Notes: generated from the letters alone by a model not told the origin. A DNA stretch of 64,000 nt from Lingula anatina (GCA_051362555.1 CM120641.1:10416001-10480000), one strand, 5' to 3'; counted from the first letter of the stretch, positions 50,457 through 62,598 are shown. Translations and numbers: made by a program.

Positions 50457-53322
50457 GCTTCAAGTATATCCAAGGAACATGTATCTTCTCTATCTTTTGC
50501 ACTCTCTAAATACATACACCAAAGTCCAGTTTTGCACAATGTCTCCATATCTATATGTCCTGTCAGTAATGGTCTAAGTAATATGTGTGAAGTGGCAGAA
50601 AAGTGGAGGATACAAATGGTATGGGACTGAGGTGCTTTGAATGTTGTTGCTCCAAATAATGACCCCCCCCCCCCACTAGAAATTTCAACCAATACATAAT
50701 GCTTTTGTACTTACCCATCTAGGTTATGCAACAGCTAAGGAACCAAGATATAATGCACCTTAAGGACTGACAAACATACCTATTTACCTCTTCACGTGTC
50801 TTTTTTTGTGATGGAATTCCCCTCTATTCTTAAGATACAAATGTACATCTGTTTTCTTTCTCATCAGCCAGAACACAGCAAGATTACACTGAAACGACAT
50901 GAGAGAAACACGACATGAGAGAAACACGTGTGCAAAGAGGGTATGGTATCAAGAATTCCACCAGGAATCGTACAAATACCTCAAGGATATAATCTTTGGG
51001 CATCTCATTCTTAATAAATTAATAAATATCAACTGCAAAATAGTACACAATGACTGATCATGTTTTTACCTGAAATTTCCTGAACAAATTACTCAGATAA
51101 ATAAGGGACAGTCAACTTATTGTCAGTTTAAAATATCACCAATTTCAAAACTCAAACTGCCAAACTTCTTGTGGTGGTATAAGTTTCACAAAGAAAATTG
51201 AAGATTACGGTGTTTGCTAAATATGTGTGCTGCAGTAAGCGATAAACAGGAATTCTAAAATTACAAATCTGCTAACTGTGCAATTCACCAAGATATCTCA
51301 AACAAAAAAGTCAAACCATACAATAATATTATTTTTCATTCAACTTAAAAAAGTGTAATGGAGGTAGTATTTATAATCATTGGAGATTTCATTCTAAAAG
51401 CTTCTTTGGTTGGTTACTCCTATGTTAGACATTTTCCCACTGAAATTCTAAATAGATAAATAAATCCCATTAAACTCTCAAGATTTTCATCAGAAAATAT
51501 CCATCTTGTTTAAATCCAAAATAAGTTGTGACATCAAGGTTAGAGGGTCAGGGAAAAAAACTATCTGGTCTGATAAAGTCAGAGACGTCTTAATATATGT
51601 CCCTAGCTTTAGGGGAGACAAAGAAGAGCCAGAATTATCCAGGGGCAATCACAAAGATACATATCAAAATAACCACATACCACACCAGTTCCCATGTATA
51701 AGCATTCATCATACTGTCCTTTGGGAGTAAATTTCTATTTTATCATTTTTAAGCTGCACATGCGAAGACAGTAAAAATCATACAAGATGCATTCATATAA
51801 GCATGTGCATTACAACATCTGAAAACCCATACATCACATTTTCTATTTATAATTCTGTATTTTTTTTTTACCAGAAAGGGATGTTTTTCTTGTGTTATGC
51901 CACTTCTGTACTAAAACTTGATATCAAATAAATTGAATGATGTTAAAACATTAAGAAGAGGTCTATAAAACTTTTCACATCTCTCAACAGTAACTATTCT
52001 AACATGTATGAATGGCTATGCTAAGTACCGTCTTACACAGATGATGAGTTAGCAATGTCCATAAGTAACTGAAACGTCCATATGAATCACACACGTTTGC
52101 AAACTTTATTTGACAAGTTGTACAGCACACCCCTATAGAAAATAAATTCAACACCCCATACAGCACGCTCACTGCTGTACAGAAAATATCTCTTCAAATA
52201 ACATATGAGTGTTGAACAGGCTAAGGCTGACACTTTCCTTCAACAATGTCACATTCTTTTTCTTTTATAGGCCAAGAAGCATATTGGAAGGTTTTTGTTT
52301 CATGAACATTGGAGATCACTTTCAAAATATAAACTCATAAAGCAATAAGTTTTTGGAAGTTTTAAGTTGCAGAGCATTAACAAATCAACAAAAACCTAGC
52401 TTCCAATTTAGTAAAAGGGAAATGAAAGATGTGACAGGACTATAAAACAATCAACAGAATGTATAAGTTTCCAAAAGGGTTCTGATAAAAATGAAGAGAC
52501 TGAAGACTTTATAATCATTTGGTGCTTTTGGGCTCAGCTTGTTGGGCTGAACTAGGCATTATCACATACATCACCAACAACCACAAAATATATCTGCAAT
52601 CCCTAAAAGTGACACTTCTTAATTTCCTGTTTTTAATATGTGCACTTCCTATTATGTAGAAATCTTGTTATTAAGTAACATCCCAATATCAATAAAACAG
52701 GAAAGGATATTGAAATTTGGTACTAAAATAACAATTACACATCCCACTGTCACAGAATCTTCTTATTTAAAACTTTCAATATTCTGACAGTGTATGAGTC
52801 GGACATTAAAATATGATTATAAATTAATTCAAATAGCACTGACACTTAACAGACTTGAAGACAGTTCCAAGTTAAACTGATATTACACTCACTAGCTTTG
52901 GATATGGCGATATGTTTAAATACTTCAAACTTGAAAACAATTTTTTTCTGGATCTCCACTATCGAAAACTAACTAAACACACATCTGAACTTGCAGTTGC
53001 ACTTGCAACAGTACAGTAAAAAAACAAATGTAATTTGTCATTTTATTTTACAATGTCCTTATTCAATGACTTAAAAAAATGAGTATAAGACAAGAAATCG
53101 TCCCCATGGTATAATGCAGTTTTAATATACTAACTAACACACAGTAGTCAGCTGTCATTGCTAAATTGTCATTTGGTTTGGGAACTCGAGATATGATTAG
53201 ATTTGAAGCAACAACGGCAAGTATTAAAGCAGTTGACGTTTGGAACAAACCAAGTTGTTTAAAGTCGAATTCAAATTAAGGACCTTTCCCATGATAAAAC
53301 TGAGTTATAATTATCTACTTAC

Positions 53323-53460
53323 CTTTCCTGATTTCTTGTTTGATGACCAGTAAACACGCTTTAGAATGTCGGGTACCGCTTCCAGTTACTCCACAACAAG
53401 TTGAAGACAGTCGAAAATAAGTACTGTATGGTCACGTGATATTGTACGTCATACACTTGG
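53323..53460 (-). promoter_or_regulatory. Candidate main promoter and non-coding first exon of SIPA1L
   Basis: Locally CpG-rich; E-box GTCACGTGAT (53432-53440), CRE-like TACGTCA (53445-53451), perfect donor AAG|GTAAGT at 53323/53322; lies just 3' of the KLHDC2-like gene. Confidence 0.5.
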
Positions 53461-54858
53461 AATGTTTATCGTGATTGTGCTAGCGGAGACAAAGAGCAGC
53501 TGTGGCATTCCATTCCATCTTTAAAAGTTGGTAAATTATACGCATATCTCGTTCTTAGCTTTAGGAATTAAATCACACCGCAAGAAGGTGGATTTTTTCA
53601 AGTATATGATAAATACATTGAGTAAGTATCAAAAGATTTATATTTTTGAAAGACGTTTATCGGGGCAAATGAGCAACCCAGCTCAACTACCAGTATTTGA
53701 CAACACCCCAAGAATTTATTTCAAATACCTAAAGTAAAATTAGATTATTCAAACTCACCAAGTTTTTCATAGGGTCCGGGAGCACCCCTATCTCATGTTT
53801 TAGAAATAAACTATTGTAAGTTTTAAATTGCGTACTATGTCTTCTTGGGTCAGATAGTAATTAAATTTCCTTCCCTTATAGTCAGAACTGATGGAGACAT
53901 TTATTGCAGTTTTGAAATGTATTCCACCCCAAAAAGTAGGTTTGGATGTTGGAAATAAAACTCCCTTTTGTTATACAAGTAGTTACAAAGAATCAAAAGA
54001 CATTTACTTCAAAATTTGTAGAGAACAGCGTTTTTATCATGTGACCAAAAAAAAAAAAAAAAAAAAAAAAAAACAGGGCTTCATAACTTTTTTCTATCAT
54101 CAATCCAAACAATATGCTAAACTCATAAGTAGGACTTGAAACAAATAACAAAAGAATGTAAACCCATTTATTGATTTACATGACTACATGTACAGTAGAA
54201 AGTAGATGACTAAAACATTGTTCTTGACTTTGACTAGTTTAGACTGACATCTTAATGTGAATCCACAAATATGGTTGACTTTTCAGCAGTTATTGTGATT
54301 ACTCAGTACGTCTTTCATAGTTTCTTACCAACTATTTAGTTCACAATTTTGTTCTGATAATTACATTTTATTTAATACCAGTGTTGTACAGATATTTCAA
54401 CACTAGTGTATATTATACAAGATTTACATGTACATCATGCCAAGCATTTAACAAATGTAAATGTTTCATTTTTTACATAGTATTACGTATTGTTCATGTA
54501 CATTATATGTTGTATGAAGTTACAACAGCGACTCTAAAAGGGTGCTTTTCTATTTCACTGGTTACATATTCCCACAAACAAGTCTCTCACTACTGAAGTA
54601 TACTGCACTTCTATTTTTTCTTCTTGCTTTAATCACAGTCTTAAATAATGGTTAGTAATAATAGTATTAACAAACAAACATGTATGCAAATTGTTTCAAT
54701 CCATCATCTTAATACACAATAAATCTTATTTTTGTGATCCAGATAGAAAACTCTCTCATCAAAATGGTTTAACTCAAATATCAACAACTTTCACACACTT
54801 TCAGAAGGACTTTCAAAGATTTATTTCTCCAGTAGAGGCTGCTGCAAGTACCAGGTGG

Positions 54859-55024
54859 TCAAGATAAGACACAGACACCATGTCCCTGCTGTCTGTCATA
54901 TTTTTGTGTAGAGTCATCTTTGGCACTTGCTTTAGCCTCAAGCAGTTCAAATATTGGTTTTGGCAAAGAGGTCCATTCACAATACAACTGTGCCCTGTAT
55001 TTGAATGTGGCATCAAGTGAAAGT
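54859..55024 (-). CDS. KLHDC2: KLHDC2-like exon 10 (BC/Cul2 box, C-terminal CVLS)
   Basis: RLSLDATFKYRAQLYCEWTSLPKPIFELLEAK...QGHGVCVLS then TGA; AATAAA at 54825-54820. Confidence 0.88.
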
Positions 55025-58000
55025 CTGAATAAAACAAATAATATGCCAAATTAATGGTAACTGTTACACGTTATGTAAACTGAAGTTTTAAGATTAATAC
55101 TTGCTATGCAATATGTGACGGCAAGATTTTTTATTTGAAAACGGGGAGTGTACATACATCCTTATTGCAAGTGAACCTAAGAAATTCTTACCTAAAAAGG
55201 GACTTAGGTGTGAGCCTGAATACCAGCAAGCTATTTGTTAACAACTGAAAAATGTGTATCTTCAATTAAAAATGTAATGTACATATGTTGTAGAGAAATG
55301 TAAGAACAAAATACACACATTAACAATACAGTAGACTCAGTAGAGGCTATTCTTTAAATAATTTTGTAAAAGTGGTATATTTCCTTGAGAATTTGCAAGG
55401 GAATGGTTATGATGCAGATTTTCTTTACTGTCTCAATATCTCTCTCTCTGTGACAAACTATTTGCAAATGTTTTCACGTTTCCAGTTATCAACTGTCTAT
55501 GCATTTCTTTAATTAACAATTTAAAAGAAAATAAGACAAAATCACTAGCAATGCCCTACTTCTAAATTATCTGACTTGTGAACATATAAAAAATCCAAGC
55601 ATACTTACACTAGGTTCATCATCACTCAGAATATTGTTACAGCATCCTCCAAAAATCAGGACATCGTTCTGATTTGTAACACATGTTGAATGCCATAAAC
55701 GTCTTTCTTTTTTTGTAAAATTTAGCTGCTGCCACATTAGTTTGTCCACATTTAGTACCCATCCATCACCTAGAAATAATGATTTTGAGAGAGAAAATCA
55801 TAGTTTAGTTTTGCTATATTTGGTTTATAAATATGTTTCTATAATTGTTTCAAAGAGGGAAATTTTGCTTTAGGAAGCACCAAGTCTGGAAATTTTTCCT
55901 GCATTACAGAGATGGATAGAGAATGGTATGTTTCCAAATGCCCCCCCCCCACCCCCACCCCCCAAAAAAAAAAAAAAAATGGAGACAAAATACAATCAAA
56001 TTTCAAGGTTTCCCGGTGGTCATTCTGAGGATGCATAGGAATGATTTTGGTTAAAACAATAAAATACTTCATTTCCACTATCAAATTCCTCTAGGATCAT
56101 TTGGTTTTGCATCTTAACAAATAACTTAGCCAATTAACATTTTTGATAAAGTGAACTAAATCTGCATTATCAAGTAAGGTAAGTCACTGTGGCCACACCC
56201 ATATTAAATGGAAAATAAAAATAAAACAATACTTACATAAGGTATCATTATCCTGGGTGAATCCACCATACAGGAATATTTCAGTACTGGAAACAGCACT
56301 AAAAGTGTGCCAGGATCTCCCAACTGGAATACTACCACCAGTATGGAGGCTGAAATTAGAGAGGATACAAACTTATAAGTCTATCAAAAGATGCTGATCA
56401 TGTCTTAATTGAAATCCACGAATCAGATGCTAGACAGAAATTCATTGACTTTTTAATGTTATGAAAAAGTACAGTGACGGGTGACAAATAGTAATTAAAC
56501 TTGTATATATAAGATATTGTTTCAATAAATTGTTCAAGTTAGGCAAAGTAGCTATTGATTTAAGTATGTTTTTTTATAATAGTACTACTTTATTCTAATT
56601 AAGCATGGCCTTCCCATAAAAAAGCTAGGCAAAAACACAGTTTGAGATCACAACTCTGTACCTTCCTGACCAAGTCATTGTGTCTAAATTAAGGCAATGC
56701 AAATCATTCAGTCTCTGACTACAGTGCCTTCCTCCAAACAAATACACTTTGTTCCCCACTCTTGTAGCAGCGTGAGCTGCTCTTGGTGATGGCACTGGAC
56801 CCTGTGTTAATAAGAAAACATCTGATACAAAATTATCTCTGAATCAAAAATAAGAAATAAGAGAGACTTTCAAGCCATACCAAATGTGATGTTTAATACA
56901 AAGTGGCACACACTATTCACAAAACACAAAAACATCACAATATCTCTTAATTACCTGATGTTTATTTTAAATTAGCATTAGTCAGACAAGAAAGTATAAG
57001 CCTGAACAAAGAAGGCGAGGTATAAGTAGTCATGTTCTAACTAGAAAAGCACTCCGAGAGCGCAGACCTCTGCCAAGGCAGCGATTCGTGATTATTATTG
57101 ATTATTGATCAATTATTGAACCGGATCACCACCAAAAATTAATCATCTCTTCCTTGGCCCACTTCTGACAGTTCATGAAAATTTCATCAAAATCGGTCCA
57201 TAACTTTTTGAGTTATGCTGATGACAAACAAACAGACAGGCAAACAGGGGTGAAAACATAACCTCCTTGGTGGAGGTAATAATAAGACCATTTTTAAGTT
57301 ATGGTTTGAAATGTATATATTTTTTAATGTTAGATATTATATGTAATATTGTATATAACATTTGTAAAAAAAAAAAAAAAAAAAAAAACAGAGATATGAA
57401 TGGAATTTTGATCTAATAAGTACTTTCCTACCATGAAAACAAAGTGGCTTGATACTTACACTACATTTAGGATTTGACCACATTCGTATTTTCAGGTCAA
57501 AAACCAGTAGTTGGTTGTTCCAACCTCTGTAGGAAGACTGAAAGGGTTAAGTTTCTGTTATTGACTTGAATCATAACATAACATAAGAAAGTCATATCCA
57601 AACAATAAAATTAGATGTTAGAAATTTTTATCAATCTATTTGATTTCCTCACTTTGACATCTTGAAGGAAAACACCCAACCAGAGGACACTAAATGAATG
57701 AAATAAGAATGCTGATGGAGATGTGGCAAAAATTTGATAAGTCAAAGCTGGTGCTTGATGGAAGTACAGGTACAAAATACTAGGAGGTACACTAACTACA
57801 GTGTATATTCCATAACTTAAGTTGCATATAAATCTACTTGATTTAACTCCCATATTCTATAATTCTATATTCAACTTGCATAAAAAGCTTTTATACGAGT
57901 ATTCCAATGTATTTACTGAGGATTCATCTGGAATCCAGATTCCATGTTCCTTTAGATAACCTTCTAGAGGAGGACCAAAGCCACCAAACACATACAAGCT

Positions 58001-60087
58001 GAAAAGTTGAGGGTAAACAATTTGTTTAACCAACTGTAAAATAGAGGTATTGTCAGGGTTTAAAAATAGTAAAAATATATAATCATATAAAAATGATGAA
58101 CAGCAAAAGGATCATACCGACAATTAAAAGATATTTATAATCAAAAAGTTAAAATTTAGCTTTAAATACCAAATTAATAAAACATACAATAATAAGTGGA
58201 TTACTATGTTGCATGTGTATTCACATTTTTCAAATGTCTGTACAAGACTAAATTCTTATTTTTTCCTAAAAAAATAATTCTATGTCACACATGGCTAAAA
58301 TATTTCAAGATAAACATGGACAAACATCCATTAAAAAAATTAATAATAATAATAATAGTCTATCAAAATCCTGCTGTCAACATTATTTGTTGTCAGTGAC
58401 CCAATGGCAATGAATGATGATGGTGGTGATGATGAATAAAAATACCTGTTTCCATACTCCCACATAGATAATTTATCTCTTGGGCTTGGCTTTAAACTGT
58501 TTGAATGGACATACTCCCAGCAAAATTCCTGAAGATTAAGTCTATACAGTTCATTTGTGTTTCCAGCATAACAGTGGCCACCAAACAAGTATACTGCATC
58601 TCCTTTTAACACAGCTGATGCTCCAGATGTACCTGGCGGGCAGTTGATTGAAGTGTCTTCTTCTGGTTCTAGGATTCTCAATTGCCTAAATGAAATAAAT
58701 CTTTTAAATCGAGTTTCTATTTCCATAAGATAAATACAGTATAAATTAAACTATGGAGAAAGCATCACCAAATGCTACATGTAATTGACTTGCAGGACTG
58801 AGTCGTCAACTCTGATGGGTACTTCTTACCCTTTGGCAGGGCCACAGATTGATTTTTCACTAGATATTCACAAATAATGTCTCTGTCTAAATACCGTCAA
58901 TCTTCTAACTGTGACCCTGTGCTGAAATCTCTAGGTTGATAACATGGCTGGTATTTTTTTTGCATAACTACTCAGGAATTGCTTCCATCTGCCCAAAAGT
59001 TACAGTGTGGAAAATGTGCCTGTAATATCTGCCAACCCGGTAGAGGGTAGGTACTTCTAAACTGTGATAATTTTGTCACATCATTTACAATTTCAAGGCC
59101 ATATTACATCATGTTAAGGGTCTACATTCATATAAAACATGTTGTCATACACTGGGAACAATATACATGAAAATTCATGCGTTAGCACAGCAAGTACATA
59201 TCACAATCGTCAATAGGAGTGCTAATGCATGAATTTTCATGCTAGGAACTATATTACACAGTCACACATGTCGTTTTGGTTTTAGCCAAGTTCTTTTCAA
59301 ATTAACATTACTGTAACATATGTATCTATTGGTGAAAAACAATTCTTTTCAAGACAAAAAAAAATATCTTAACAGCATGTAAAGAAAATTACCATAAGCC
59401 TAGCAATCAACAAATAAAATACTGGCTATAAGGAATAAGCATAAAATTCTTTTTATTTATAACCTCAATCACCACTCTGACTCACCAGCTATCCAAGTAA
59501 GAATCATATATCCACAGTTCATCTGGTGATAAGTATCTTTCTGTGAGTTCATTCTGAAATAAGACATGAGACAAGGAAAACATGTGACATGAGAAGAGGT
59601 TATGGGTTTGCATATGTGGGATGTTATGCTCAAAATAGTGGACATTTTACTGGTAGGTTTATCACTTCACTAAATTTGTGTCTAATTTTAAACCAATGAA
59701 TTGAATATCATATATTATATGAACTGAAAGTCTACTTCAGGGCAAGTCGTAAATAATAATTTCTTATTTACTTAAATAAGACCAAAATTTGATATATTTG
59801 GGGATAAACAAAGAAGGTTTTGAGAACGTTTTAAAAGTTTTATAAACTCTTCAATTTCAAGTCAAGGTGACAGTGACAGCAGCACTGGCATGTGTTAAAG
59901 TAAAGTTAACAGTGTGTTCAAATTTAATGTGTTTGCACTATTCTTGTATCGTCTAGTTCATATAATAAATATATATGATATAACCTACTTGGTAGCCACC
60001 CCAAACGAACATGTAGTGATCATATGCAATTGCTACATGGCCTGTTCTTGGCGTTGGTGCTCTTGACGAAACGATTCCTCCGGACAT
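54859..60087 (-). CDS. KLHDC2: Kelch domain-containing protein 2-like (KLHDC1/2 family CRL2 substrate receptor), 10 exons, 1200 nt, 399 aa
   Basis: Kelch blades (RTGHVA..FVWGGY, LFGGH, PSPRDK, YVFGGFG, GWNNQL, PSPRAAHAA..LFGGR, GRSWHTF..LYGGF, RLWHST..IFGGC), BC-box PKSLFRLSL and Cul2-box LPKPIFELL; all junctions GT-AG and in phase. KLHDC1 versus KLHDC2 orthology is not resolvable here. Confidence 0.9.
55192..55244 (-). CDS. KLHDC2: KLHDC2-like exon 9 (BC-box start)
   Basis: LLTNSLLVFRLTPKSLF; TTTTTCAG / GTAAGA. Confidence 0.88.
55609..55769 (-). CDS. KLHDC2: KLHDC2-like exon 8
   Basis: CDGWVLNVDKLMWQQL...RLWHSTC...IFGGCCNNIL. Confidence 0.92.
56237..56349 (-). CDS. KLHDC2: KLHDC2-like exon 7
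   Basis: SIPVGRSWHTFSAVSSTEIFLYGGFTQDNDTL. Confidence 0.93.
56662..56801 (-). CDS. KLHDC2: KLHDC2-like exon 6
   Basis: GPVPSPRAAHAATRVGNKVYLFGGRHCSQRLNDLHCLNLDTMTWSG. Confidence 0.93.
57039..57280 (+). mobile_element. Short HINE-like (Helentron-associated) non-autonomous element in KLHDC2 intron 5
   Basis: Subterminal inverted repeats ACCTCTGCCAAGG (57066-57078) and CCTTGGTGGAGGT (57265-57277), terminal hairpin ACCTCC..GGAGGT, and an (ACAA/ACAG)n microsatellite. Confidence 0.78.
57460..57537 (-). CDS. KLHDC2: KLHDC2-like exon 5
   Basis: SSYRGWNNQLLVFDLKIRMWSNPKCS. Confidence 0.88.
57917..57998 (-). CDS. KLHDC2: KLHDC2-like exon 4
   Basis: SLYVFGGFGPPLEGYLKEHGIWIPDESS; donor GTAAAT. Confidence 0.85.
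58446..58685 (-). CDS. KLHDC2: KLHDC2-like exon 3
   Basis: CPPGTSGASAVLKGDAVYLFGGH...KPSPRDKLSMWEYGN. Confidence 0.92.
59166..59241. repeat. 23-bp inverted repeat with 30-nt spacer (76-nt hairpin)
   Basis: CATGAAAATTCATGCGTTAGCAC ... GTGCTAATGCATGAATTTTCATG, one mismatch. Confidence 0.85.
59486..59553 (-). CDS. KLHDC2: KLHDC2-like exon 2
   Basis: NELTERYLSPDELWIYDSYLDSW; TTTCAG / GTGAGT. Confidence 0.9.
59989..60087 (-). CDS. KLHDC2: KLHDC2-like exon 1
   Basis: MSGGIVSSRAPTPRTGHVAIAYDHYMFVWGGYQ |GTAGGT. Confidence 0.88.
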
Positions 60088-60838
60088 CTTGCTAAACCAC
60101 GTAGTTCTGCCCCCTAGCGTGCAAAATCATGAGCCAACGACCTTGACATCGTTGAAAGGAAAACAGGTGCGCTTGTACTGCCTTAAGAAACAGTCTCGAA
60201 AGTAACTGTAATACTCCTTCATTTTTGTTTGTATTGATGAGATCAGGTAAGTAGATCGAACTCAGGTGTACAAGGAAAGTTTTGAAGTTGATGATTGCGT
60301 GAACCTTATACTCAAATGATTGAGAAATTTTGAGCAGCCTGATGCAGGATCCCGTCTTTCTCGACTCAGTCACGGATCTGAACAAGTTTTGGCCATATTG
60401 ATTAGTTGTAGCTTATATTATATGAAACTTTGTTAGATTAAAAATCTGCATGTTTATGAAGGCTATTAGACATCTAGAAGAGATTGTTTATGTACAATTT
60501 TTAAAATCCATTTCTGAAAATTTGGAATAACAATTACAAAACATTTGGGGACAATGTTTGCTAATTTATGACAAACATCTCAAAAACATCGGCTAGCTGT
60601 TCACAGATACTTGGGTGAACCATCAATGTTTGGGCATACGGAACCCGCTGAAATCTTCATGGGCTTGGCACAGTAGTCGTAGCACAATGTCTTTTGGCTG
60701 ACATTGTAAGTCTAAGGCATATTGGTAGTGTTTCAGCATAAATGAATGATGAGGTGTTTAGGGCTGTAAAATTTGTCCTGTGTTGACTATCCTTACTTTT
60801 ATCATTAAGGCAGAATATCCTGCAGGTGTAAGACCTTT

Positions 60839-61006
60839 CAGGGGCGGATCCAGAGATATTTTCTGACAGTCTTCCAAATTATCTTTGTTGATCCATCCTC
60901 CATTTTTGACCGTCTTCCGAAAGAAAAAAATAGATACCCGTCAATGTAAACTTGAAAATCTGACCGTCTTCCGGAAGACCCAGAAGACGGCCTAAATCCG
61001 CCCCTG
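60839..61006. mobile_element. 168-bp MITE with CAGGGGCGGAT terminal inverted repeats and a 5-bp TSD (CCTTT); hAT-like
   Basis: CCTTT|CAGGGGCGGAT...ATCCGCCCCTG|CCTTT; internal TGAC(C/A)GTCTTCC motif occurs three times. Confidence 0.85.
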
Positions 61007-62281
61007 CCTTTCCATATGTATAATAACACATTTTGGTATTGGTGAGATGAGCAGAATTATGATTAAGATTTTATTCTTTTAACAGCAACATGTATGGAAG
61101 ACTAGTTAAGCAATGAAAATTGGGTCAATTAGTTACCCTTGAGGCATGATATTGATGCCAAAAGTTACTGATAAAGCATCTTCAGTTACCATTTTAATGA
61201 CAAATGAAACTTTGTTCAATATATTATTGAAAGAGACATCAAATTATTATTTGAAGTTTAATACAAATTTTAAGAAAATGCAATGGGTTTATATTGGTGA
61301 ACCCTTTTGTTGTCAACTGTTTGCTTAATTTCTACATTGAAATGTTGGTGATTATGAGCAAAGTATAGAATACAAAATATTTACAAAGGAAAATACCCAT
61401 CTTTGTTTGAAATTTATATATCTGCTTTGAAGACAATTAACTCTAAATTTTGCACTTTGATATTTTGTTTTTGATAGATTTTGATTAAAAAAATCTTCAA
61501 TAATATGTTAGATTTACTGGATTGGATATTATTAACATTGTGTTTTAGGAGAAAGTAATTGTTAAAAAGGTATTTAATGACATTGTTTAAGCAGGCAGTT
61601 GGGTGTTTAAAATTAATTACTGTAACAGTCATTGAGTAGCACTTCTTTTATTTGTGTTTATAACTTTTTCAATCAGATGTGCAAGTGGCTATTTACTGAA
61701 GTTTAAACAGGAAAGGTGATTATTAGTTTAACGCATACACGTATGTATGATGATGCAACGTAGTGTAACGTTTTGAAGTGGTGGCGTAAAAGTAGGTAAA
61801 TACAATAATAAATACAATACACCACCTAGGAAAATGATAAATTAATACTATATCAAAATATACCTGTGTAAATAACTAATAAACTTACTTTAAGTTAAAG
61901 TTTAAGATACAATAATCTGCATTGCACATACAGAATTTCTTTATGACTATGTAAATACTCACACAATATTAGCCCAACCCATGCTTTCTGGCTAGTGCTG
62001 AACTGACAGACACTGCTGTAAACTAAAATAATGAGGCAATACATAATAAGTAAAAAAATACAAAGAGTGGCTTCTAAAGTGATAAATTCTAATTTAAAGG
62101 GTAATAACTCAAACTTACAAATTCTTTTATTGCACAATAATGAAATTATAACTAATTGCCTCTTGCCCCCATCCTTGAGATACCAGCTGTCTCTGACGTC
62201 TACAGTGGACTTACGAAACTTGCAACATATATGGGAAATTATCATGAATAGTGTTCAAAACATTGGCCAACGTGAAGCTTA

Positions 62282-62536
62282 GACCCCTTTCCCATACCTA
62301 GATCAATCTAGCAGGAACGACCCATCTCCGAAGGGTTTCTCGCTAAATTACATTCAGCTTAAGCGTCTTGGATGTCTGTCATTCCTACTGAAGCTGTTAG
62401 GGGTAATTAACTATCGTTTAGCAGATTCAGTAGGCATGCCAGACATTTAAGCTGCTGAATCTGAATGCAATTTAGCGAGAATCCCCTTGGAGATGGGTTG
62501 ATCCTGCTAGATTGATCTAGGTATGGGAATGGGGTC
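62282..62536. mobile_element. Palindromic PIF/Harbinger (Tourist-like) MITE, 255 bp, TTA TSD
   Basis: TTA|GACCCC..CCCATACCTAGATCAATCTAGCAGGA ... TCCTGCTAGATTGATCTAGGTATGGG..GGGGTC|TTA; the arms pair over almost the whole length. Confidence 0.85.
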
Positions 62537-62598
62537 TTAGCTTGCTTCATACTCATCACATGAAATAAGAAACTAATCATGTAGAGATACAAGAATGA

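Noticed and set aside
54781-54861. TGA-C stop of the KLHDC2-like gene as a selenocysteine or readthrough codon, with an open frame of about 25 codons after it
   Set aside because: No SECIS-like structure or CUAG readthrough motif recognised, an AATAAA lies inside the extension, and the protein length already matches the family
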